From Polynucleobacter necessarius (GTDB taxonomy: Bacteria; Pseudomonadota; Gammaproteobacteria; Burkholderiales; Burkholderiaceae), in assembly GCF_900095195.1 (NCBI RefSeq), contig NZ_LT606950.1, positions 1-32,000 on the forward strand: 32,000 nucleotides of DNA, in the 5' to 3' direction. Position numbers and translations under genes: made by a program. Below the pieces are notes generated by a model. The model did not search any database and was not told where the DNA came from. It saw only the letters and a list, made by a program, of their open reading frames with translations. Every line of letters begins with the position of its first letter. Within the stretch, counting starts at the first letter, position 1. This document shows positions 20,936 through 27,941 of the stretch, piece by piece.

Positions 20936-21313
20936 ATGAATCCAAATAATTCTGGTGTAGAAACGATCGATGACAAGCAGTTTCACCAACTAGGTAGCCA
21001 ATTGTTGCAATCGATCGAAGTGGCTCTAGAGGCCGCTGATGATGAATTAGATTTAGATTTGGACGTTGAGCGCCAAGGCGGCAATGTCATCACTATTCGT
21101 TTTCGAGACAAAAGCGTCATTGTGGTGAACACCCAACCTCCTTTGCATGAAATTTGGGTGGCTGCTAAATCGGGTGGATATCACTATCGCTGGGCAGGCA
21201 CCATGTCGCAGCCATTGTGGCTAGATACCAAGACCGGTAAAGAGCTTTTGAGCGATTTATCTACCTTTGCTAGCACTCAGGCGGGACGGCCAGTCAAAAT
21301 TCAATTGCTGTAA
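20936..21313 (+). CDS. cyaY: Frataxin-like iron-sulfur cluster assembly protein CyaY
   Basis: DDKQFHQLGSQLLQSIEVALE...GGNVITIRF...IVVNTQPPLHEIWVAAKSGGYHYRW is the CyaY pattern. The start is ambiguous (ATG at 20906, 20921 or 20936). It neighbours lptM, as in E. coli. Confidence 0.87.
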   Translation: MNPNNSGVETIDDKQFHQLGSQLLQSIEVALEAADDELDLDLDVERQGGNVITIRFRDKSVIVVNTQPPLHEIWVAAKSGGYHYRWAGTMSQPLWLDTKTGKELLSDLSTFASTQAGRPVKIQLL

Positions 21314-21332
21314 TTAGTAGGAAATTATCGGC

Positions 21333-22418
21333 TTAGGCAGCCCCAGCTGCGGCCAAGGTTTCCATGACCTGAGCATCTGGGACGCTCAGTATTTGGGCCT
21401 TACCAATCTTCTCTAAAACAACATAGCGAATTTGGCCGCCCTCAGTTTTCTTGTCCACTTGCAAAAGCTCCATATAACGCTTCGCACCAAATTTTGGTGG
21501 GTTGGTAGGAAGATTCATCGATTGAATGATTTTCGTGATACGCTCAACATCAACCTTGCTAATCAAATCGAGTCGGCAGGATAGGTCGGCCCCTAGAGCC
21601 ATTCCACAACCAACAGCTTCGCCATGTAACCACTCTCCATAACCCATCCCTGCCTCAATAGCGTGTCCAAATGTATGGCCAAAGTTTAAAGTTGCGCGGA
21701 TACCACCTTCGCGCTCATCAGCAGAAACGACTGCCGATTTAATTTCGCATGACCGCAATACCGCATGGCTCATCACATCAGTATCACAAGCGAGCAATAA
21801 TTTTGCATTAGCTTCGATCCAATCCAAAAATTTTGCATCGGCAATTGCACCATGTTTAATAACTTCGGCAAGGCCTGCCGAGAGTTCGCGCGCGGGGAGT
21901 GTTTTTAAAGTATTGAGGTCGGCAACAACTGCAACTGGCTGATGAAAAGCGCCAATCATGTTTTTACCCAGCGGGTGATTAATGCCGGTTTTGCCGCCAA
22001 CCGAAGAGTCTACCTGTGACAAAATTGTCGTAGGCACTTGAATAAAGCGAGTGCCGCGCATAAAGCTGGCTGCTGCAAAGCCAGTCATATCTCCAATCAC
22101 GCCACCGCCTAAAGCAATGAGCATAGTTTGGCGATCGGCTCCAAATTTCAGCAGATCGTCAAAAATGAGCTGAAGATTTTTCCAGTCCTTATAAGACTCT
22201 CCATCAGGCAACACAATGGTTTGGACAGACTTACCAAAGGTGCTTAAAGTTTTGGTGAGGCGTTGTGCATACAAAGGCGCAACAGTCGTGTTGCAGACGA
22301 TATAAATTGAGGTTGACTTTTCGCAGGCGTTAAATAAAGCTGGCTGATCAATTAAATCAGTTCCTATGTAAATAGGATAGCTGCGATTGCCTAAATCAAC
22401 TTCAAGTGTTTTCATCAT
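21333..22418 (-). CDS. aroB: 3-dehydroquinate synthase
   Basis: [32 protein letters not shown] and [11 protein letters not shown] are AroB motifs. Confidence 0.96.
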   Translation of the reverse strand: MMKTLEVDLGNRSYPIYIGTDLIDQPALFNACEKSTSIYIVCNTTVAPLYAQRLTKTLSTFGKSVQTIVLPDGESYKDWKNLQLIFDDLLKFGADRQTMLIALGGGVIGDMTGFAAASFMRGTRFIQVPTTILSQVDSSVGGKTGINHPLGKNMIGAFHQPVAVVADLNTLKTLPARELSAGLAEVIKHGAIADAKFLDWIEANAKLLLACDTDVMSHAVLRSCEIKSAVVSADEREGGIRATLNFGHTFGHAIEAGMGYGEWLHGEAVGCGMALGADLSCRLDLISKVDVERITKIIQSMNLPTNPPKFGAKRYMELLQVDKKTEGGQIRYVVLEKIGKAQILSVPDAQVMETLAAAGAA

Positions 22419-22423
22419 AAATT

Positions 22424-22948
22424 TCAGTTAGAGAGTTCAAGCTGCATGATTAATGTATTGACCAATTGATTGACACTAGGCTTGCCAGTTTCAATGATAT
22501 GGTCAGCTATCTTACGATAGAGTGGGTCGCGAATGGCATATAAATTTTCTAATATTTTCTTGGGGTTACCATTGCGCAGCAGAGGGCGTCCCTCGCCCCC
22601 CTTGGTCCGATGCCATAGCTCCGTTGGGTTGGCATAAAGATAAATGACGGTGCCCTGTTCACTTAATGCTTTGCGATTTTCCGGTAAAAGTACGGCGCCA
22701 CCGCCTGTCGCCAACACAATATTTTTTTCGCTGGTGACTTCGCGAATAGCTTGTACCTCACGTTTACGAAAACCCGCTTCTCCCTCCATCTCAAAGATGA
22801 CCGGAATTTTGACTCCACAACGCTCTTCAATAACATGATCGGCATCAAAAAAACGGCGCCCTAATTTTTTTGCAAGTACCTTACCAACGGTTGACTTCCC
22901 GGCGCCCATTAGGCCGATTAGAAAGATATTGTTGGTCGCAGAGTTCAT
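22424..22948 (-). CDS. aroK: Shikimate kinase
   Basis: Walker [12 protein letters not shown], then FFDADHVIE and ATGGGAV. The aroK-aroB tandem is conserved. Confidence 0.95.
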   Translation of the reverse strand: MNSATNNIFLIGLMGAGKSTVGKVLAKKLGRRFFDADHVIEERCGVKIPVIFEMEGEAGFRKREVQAIREVTSEKNIVLATGGGAVLLPENRKALSEQGTVIYLYANPTELWHRTKGGEGRPLLRNGNPKKILENLYAIRDPLYRKIADHIIETGKPSVNQLVNTLIMQLELSN

Positions 22949-22960
22949 CCTCTGATTTTA

Positions 22961-24258
22961 TTAGGGTTTATCGAGAACAGTAGGGGTTAAGAAGACTAAG
23001 AGCTCGGTTTTATCTTTTAATTTGGATTTATGACGAAATAAAGCCCCAATCAGAGGAATATCGCCTAGCAAAGGAACCTTTACCTCATCCTCGCTCTCGG
23101 TTGTTTGAAAGATCCCGCCAATAATTGCGGTTCCACCATTTTTAACGGTGACTTCAGAGCTCAGAGTTTTGGTATCGATTGCGTAGCCTTGCTCTGTTTT
23201 CATGCCAATGGTGTCCTTGTTAATCCCCACTAGGATCGAAATCTTTCCGTCTGGATGAATTTTTGGCAATACCTCCAATCGCAGATTTGCTTTTCTAAAT
23301 TGCAGTTTGCTGCCATTTTGTGAGGTTGTTTGATAAGGCAATTCAGTGCCTTGTTCGATTGTTGCTTTAACCTGATCCCCTGTCATAATGCGCGGGTTGG
23401 AAAGTATCTTTCCCCGCCCTTCAGATTCAAGGGCTGATAGTTCAATTTGCAGAAGTCGACTTGCGTTTTTCGAAAGTAATGTTGCAGCAACGGTTGCGGG
23501 ATGAAAGCCGTTTACTCCTGCACCCGCTAAATCAACATTTCCATGCATCTTATTGTTCCCGAGTTGCCCATGCCGTCAGCTTGGTGGCTTAATTTCGTAC
23601 CTAGCTCTCTAGCAAAACGCTCGTCAGCCTCTACGATTCGGGCTTCAATCAGAATTTGCCTAGGGCTATTGATGTGGTCCCCACCAAATAAAAGTGCGGC
23701 ATCTTCACGGCGATGTTTTTGGAATGCTGAAATTTCTGCATAAGGACCAATCCAATAAATATCCCCGTTTCGAATTAAGCGCAAACCGCGGCCAGCCAAA
23801 ATGGAATGCAGTGCAGTTTGCCATGGGGTCTGATTTAGATCGACTGTGATTTTGCCTTTGATGGAATCGCTTAGTAAAAAATTGGTTTGTCCAATCTTGG
23901 CAAGAATTTGTAAAAGTTCTGCAACTTCAATATCTACAAACTGCAAACTGATGGGCACTTCAAATACGTTATGGGGCGCTGATGCCGCATTTGCGTTGGC
24001 GCTAAAAATCACTGCCAATAGGACAATCCGAAAACGTGATTGGACATATTTTTGAATCGACAAATCATTCAGGTCTTGACGGTTTAAGGGTGAGCGATTT
24101 CCCTTGTGGGTGTGGAAGGTAGCAAGTTCTTTTTTCAGGTTGGTGAGTCGCCATTCACCCAAGGAAATCGATCCCTTTTTAAGCATTACCATCCCTTTGC
24201 CATTGTGAAAAAAGCACGCTGAGAGTCCTGGATTTGGCTTAGGCCTAAATAGCGCCAA
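22961..24258 (-). pseudogene. pilQ: PilQ-family type IV pilus secretin, short form, split by a frameshift; its 5' part is fused in frame to a PilP-like fragment
   Basis: ORF 23527-24258 carries a signal peptide (SIQKYVQSRFRIVLLAVIFSANANAASAP; TTG at 24063), an N0 domain (ISLQFVDIEVAELLQILAKIGQTNFLLSDSIKGKITVDLNQTPWQTAL) and the secretin onset ILIEARIVEADERFARELG. ORF 22961-23548, in another frame, carries the rest (LQIELSALESEGRGKILSNPRIMT...VPLLGDIPLIGALFR...ELLVFLTPTVL). The two frames overlap at 23527-23548. The gene sits upstream of aroK-aroB, as pilQ does in many proteobacteria. Confidence 0.8.
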
Positions 24259-24722
24259 TGTCGTAGTTCAGACTCCAGAGGTATTGCCAAATCCATTGGT
24301 TTTGAGTTCTTAGAGGACTTATTTTTATTAAAAGAGTGAATACTTACTTCTAATAAATCCATTGATTCATATATTTCATCCTCTACATCCAGGATTTCTT
24401 CTCGTAAGGCGACCAACTCTTTTTGAAGTTTGGAGACCTCTAATTGAAGATGATGATTCGATGCTGAAAGATCACTCGGAGCTTGCTCAAAGAGAGCAAA
24501 AAGGTAAAGGCCAAAACAGGCCAATTCTATTCCAAGTCCTGCCAAAACCCCAATCTTCTTGAGGTCAACTAAGCCAGGGAGTTGGATTTGAATGGGTGCT
24601 TTTGCAGGAGCTTTAGGGGAGGCTGGCTTCCGTATTCCATGGAGGTCTGGAATGACAGGATCATCGCCCAGTTCGTATAAAAGCTTATCAAAGGATTGCG
24701 GTGAGATATGGCGTGAAGGCAT
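24186..24722 (-). CDS. Hypothetical bitopic membrane protein; probable PilN/PilO-like remnant whose PilP-like C-terminus is cut by a frameshift
   Basis: One TM segment (IGVLAGLGIELACFGLYLFALF), then a coiled-coil-like stretch (LQLEVSKLQKELVALREEILDVEDEIYE), then LESELRHWRYLGLSQIQDSQRAFF, which continues in the adjacent frame. It occupies the pilMNOP slot between divergent mrcA and pilQ. Homology is by eye only. Confidence 0.45.
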   Translation of the reverse strand: MPSRHISPQSFDKLLYELGDDPVIPDLHGIRKPASPKAPAKAPIQIQLPGLVDLKKIGVLAGLGIELACFGLYLFALFEQAPSDLSASNHHLQLEVSKLQKELVALREEILDVEDEIYESMDLLEVSIHSFNKNKSSKNSKPMDLAIPLESELRHWRYLGLSQIQDSQRAFFTMAKGW

Positions 24723-24826
24723 GCCCTATTTTTAAAAAAGGAAGTCTAAAAATCAATCAGGATTTCGTGACTTTTGTGTCAGAAAGTACAGGTTTTGAAT
24801 GTTTTAGTGAAATCACTTAAGCACCC

Positions 24827-24832
24827 TATAAT
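24827..24832 (+). promoter_or_regulatory. Consensus TATAAT -10 box 8 nt upstream of the mrcA ATG
   Basis: A perfect TATAAT at 24827-24832, with no Shine-Dalgarno between it and ATG 24841. The in-frame stop TAA at 24829-24831 prevents an upstream start. The -35 region is poor (TTAGTG). Confidence 0.3.
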
Positions 24833-24840
24833 TTGAGCTT

Positions 24841-27177
24841 ATGGCGCTTCCCCCAAAAGACAAGCTGACGTTTAATCAACGTCCTATTCGTCAGCCCGAT
24901 AGACGCTTGCGTCAACCTCGTTTGGATCCTGGTTTGCCACGCAAGTCATCGGGCGGCCCCCTTATTAAAGCGTTGCTCATTCTTGGGGTTGCCTTAGCGT
25001 TAGTGGTAACTATGTTGTTAGGTTATGCATTTTTAGTTGCCAAACCCAATCTACCGAAAATTTCTGCCTTAACGGACTACAACGCCAAAGCGCCTTTGCG
25101 GATTTATACGGCGGATAAAGTTTTAATTGGTGAGTTTGGCGAGGAGCGCCGAAAAGTCATTCCGCTAAGTGAGATGCCGGCAAGCATGAAAAATGCTGTG
25201 TTGGCAATTGAGGATGATCGGTTTTATTCGCATGGTGGCGTTGACTATGTGGGCATTATTCGAGCTGCCGCTACAAATTTACGTGGCCATCTATCTCAAG
25301 GCGCGTCGACCATTACGATGCAGGTTGCGCGTAACTTCTTCCTCAGCAACGAGAAGACCTTTAGTCGCAAAATTTATGAAGTCTTGTTGGCCTGGGAAAT
25401 TGAATCGCAATTAACCAAAGACAAGATTCTTGAAATCTACATGAACCAAATTTTCTTGGGTCAACGCGCGTATGGATTTTCTAGCGCAGCACAGATTTAC
25501 TTTGGTAAAGATTTACAAGACATCACGATCGCTGAGTCGGCAATGTTGGCGGGTTTGCCTAAAGCCCCTTCGGCCTATAACCCAGTAACAAATTTCCGGC
25601 GTGCAAAGATTCGCCAAGAATATATCTTGCAACGAATGCGGGATCTCGGCTACATCAGCACTGACGAGTACCAGAAGGCGATGGCAGAAGAATTACACAT
25701 TCGAGGTCTAGGGAATGAGTTTGCCGTAAGGGCTGATTTCCCTGCGGAGATGGTGCGCCAGTTGCTGTTCAGTCAATATGGCGAAGCTATTTATTCTCAG
25801 GGTATTGATGTCTACACAACGATCGTTAAGGCCGATCAAGATGCAGCCTACAAAGCGGTTCGTCGTGGAATTTTTGAATACGATTTACGCCATGCCTATC
25901 GTGGGCCAGAAGGTTTTATTGAATTACCCGAAGATCCAGTGAAGCGTCAGCGTGCCATTGATGAAGCATTGTTAACCTATCCACAACTCGATGATCTGCA
26001 ATCTGGTGTTGTGTTAGATGTGAAGCCAAAAGAAATGCAAGTCATGATTTCAACGGGTGACACTATTACGGCAAAGGGCGAAGGTATGAAGCTGGCTGCC
26101 GCATCGATAACGGATAGCACGCAACCCAAAAAACGCTTACGTCCAGGCGCGATTGTGAGATTGCTTTCCGATGGGGGCGTTTGGAAACTGGCACAACTGC
26201 CACAGGTGGAGGCCGCTTTTGTGTCTATGAATGCCGATACAGGAGCAATTCTTTCTCTAGTGGGCGGATTTGATTTCCGACGCAATCAATTCAATCACGT
26301 CACGCAAGCATTGCGGCAACCAGGCTCATCCTTTAAGCCGTTTATTTATGCTGCTGCGATTGAGAAAGGTTTCACCCCCGGCACCATGGTCAATGATGCC
26401 CCGTTATCGATTGGCAGCATGGAAACTGGCAGTCAAGCGTGGGAACCAAAAAATTACGATGGTAAATATGACGGCATGATGCTCTTGCGTACTGCTTTAG
26501 CAAAATCCAAGAACTTAGTCTCTGTGCGCATCATTCGAGCTATTGGCCCATCATATGCACAAGAATATATTCAGCGTTTTGGGTTTGAGCCAGAGAAGCA
26601 TCCCCCGTACCTCACCATGGCGTTAGGTGCTGGATCAGTCACTCCATTGCAAATGGCTTCGGCATACAGCGTATTTGCGAATGGTGGCTATCATGTAGAT
26701 CCATTTTTAATTAGCAAGATGGTGGACTCTAAAGGCAATGTGCTTTTTGAAGCAAAGCCTACTATTGTTGGTGACGGTGCACCGCGTGTACTAGATGCTC
26801 GGACTGCCTTTGTGATGGATAGCCTGTTGCAGGAAGTAACGAAGACAGGCACCGCTGCTTCGGCTCGCGCTAAGTTGGGTCGTAGTGATGTCGCTGGCAA
26901 AACCGGCACTACGAATGAATCCCATGATGCTTGGTTTGCAGGTTACAACCCGAAAGTAGTCGCTATTGCCTGGATTGGTTTTGATAAGCCTGCAAGCTTG
27001 GGTGATCGAGAAACCGGTGGGGGCCTAGCTTTGCCAATGTGGATCTCCTATATGTCCACTGCTTTAAAAGATGTGCCACAGGAATCGCGTGCCGTACCTG
27101 AAGGCGTCACGCAAGCAGATGGCGATTGGTTTATTCCCGAATTTTCTCGTGGTAGTGGAGTGCGCGAACTGCAGTAG
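24841..27177 (+). CDS. mrcA: Penicillin-binding protein 1A (bifunctional transglycosylase/transpeptidase)
   Basis: N-terminal TM anchor. GT51 motifs IEDDRFYSHGGVD and RKIYEVLLAWEIE. Transpeptidase motifs SSFKPF (SxxK), SKN and KTGTT. Confidence 0.95.
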   Translation: MALPPKDKLTFNQRPIRQPDRRLRQPRLDPGLPRKSSGGPLIKALLILGVALALVVTMLLGYAFLVAKPNLPKISALTDYNAKAPLRIYTADKVLIGEFGEERRKVIPLSEMPASMKNAVLAIEDDRFYSHGGVDYVGIIRAAATNLRGHLSQGASTITMQVARNFFLSNEKTFSRKIYEVLLAWEIESQLTKDKILEIYMNQIFLGQRAYGFSSAAQIYFGKDLQDITIAESAMLAGLPKAPSAYNPVTNFRRAKIRQEYILQRMRDLGYISTDEYQKAMAEELHIRGLGNEFAVRADFPAEMVRQLLFSQYGEAIYSQGIDVYTTIVKADQDAAYKAVRRGIFEYDLRHAYRGPEGFIELPEDPVKRQRAIDEALLTYPQLDDLQSGVVLDVKPKEMQVMISTGDTITAKGEGMKLAAASITDSTQPKKRLRPGAIVRLLSDGGVWKLAQLPQVEAAFVSMNADTGAILSLVGGFDFRRNQFNHVTQALRQPGSSFKPFIYAAAIEKGFTPGTMVNDAPLSIGSMETGSQAWEPKNYDGKYDGMMLLRTALAKSKNLVSVRIIRAIGPSYAQEYIQRFGFEPEKHPPYLTMALGAGSVTPLQMASAYSVFANGGYHVDPFLISKMVDSKGNVLFEAKPTIVGDGAPRVLDARTAFVMDSLLQEVTKTGTAASARAKLGRSDVAGKTGTTNESHDAWFAGYNPKVVAIAWIGFDKPASLGDRETGGGLALPMWISYMSTALKDVPQESRAVPEGVTQADGDWFIPEFSRGSGVRELQ

Positions 27178-27189
27178 TTCGTCATCATC

Positions 27190-27843
27190 ATGGCTCGGCA
27201 AGCGCGCACCGTTATTCCTGGCCAAGCAATGCACGTGTTGGTACGCGGCAATAATCGTGCAGCATTATTTTTTAGCGAAGAGGATCGTCGCATCTATTTA
27301 GATTGGTTGCGGGATGCCGCACGACAATTTGGTTGTGCTGTTCATGCGTTTGCATTGATGCCAAATCATGTGCATCTATTGCTTACACCACAAAATGAAC
27401 ATGCATTAGCAAAGACGATGCAATCGCTAGGTCGTCGTTATGCCCAATATTTCAATCAACTGCATCATCGCTCGGGAACAATTTGGGAGGGGCGATATTG
27501 GTCATCATTAATAGACCCAGATTATTTTTTACGGTGTCAGCGTTACATTGAGTTAAATCCTGTTCGGGCAGGCTATGAATCTTCTCCTCAAGATTCGCTA
27601 TGGACAAGCTTTGCAACCCATATTGGTGGAAAAGCTGAGCCATGGTTATTTGACCATCCGTATTTCTGGAAGTTGGGTAATACCCCCTTTGAGCGGCAGT
27701 TGGCTTGGGCAAACTTTGTGAAGGAAGGCGCTCCACACTGGGAGGACCGACAGATTACCGAATCCCTCATTCGTTCAAAACCCTGGGTGAGTGATATTTA
27801 CGCTAAAAAGCTTTTAAAACATTTTGGTGCTTCATCAAAATAA
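27190..27843 (+). CDS. REP-associated tyrosine transposase (RAYT / IS200-like Y1 HUH transposase family) homologue
   Basis: MARQARTVIPGQAMHVLVRGNNRAALFF...YLDWL...HAFALMPNHVHLLLTP (HUH motif) ...GTIWEGRYWSSLI...RYIELNPVRAG (catalytic Tyr helix). It starts 12 nt after the mrcA stop. Confidence 0.85.
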   Translation: MARQARTVIPGQAMHVLVRGNNRAALFFSEEDRRIYLDWLRDAARQFGCAVHAFALMPNHVHLLLTPQNEHALAKTMQSLGRRYAQYFNQLHHRSGTIWEGRYWSSLIDPDYFLRCQRYIELNPVRAGYESSPQDSLWTSFATHIGGKAEPWLFDHPYFWKLGNTPFERQLAWANFVKEGAPHWEDRQITESLIRSKPWVSDIYAKKLLKHFGASSK

Positions 27844-27941
27844 ATGGGACAGAGTCATTTTATTTCTATTGCGTCGATATGGGTATTCACCTATATTTGA
27901 TCCTCCAAAAGTAATTAGGCCTTCGAGCCATCGGAAATACT

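Noticed and set aside
20889-20945. The 19-codon N-terminal extension of the lipoprotein ORF (MDSSQSLACYIQSFVLEIF...) given by the track.
   Set aside because: The extension would bury the signal peptide and overlap cyaY. The internal Met gives a textbook n-h-lipobox arrangement (MIAILHRALGISLLISLVGC).
24186-24722. The orphan 178-aa TM/coiled-coil ORF as part of a novel defence or toxin system next to a secretin.
   Set aside because: Synteny (mrcA divergent, pilQ-aroK-aroB downstream) and the PilP-like tail explain it as a pilus alignment-complex remnant. No nuclease, ATPase, kinase or other effector-type motif is visible.
27178-27941. The RAYT gene as an active insertion sequence or mobile element.
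   Set aside because: It has no terminal inverted repeats or subterminal hairpins, no target duplication, no accessory tnpB, and only 12 nt and 98 nt of unremarkable flanking DNA. I therefore annotated it as a CDS and did not call it a mobile_element.
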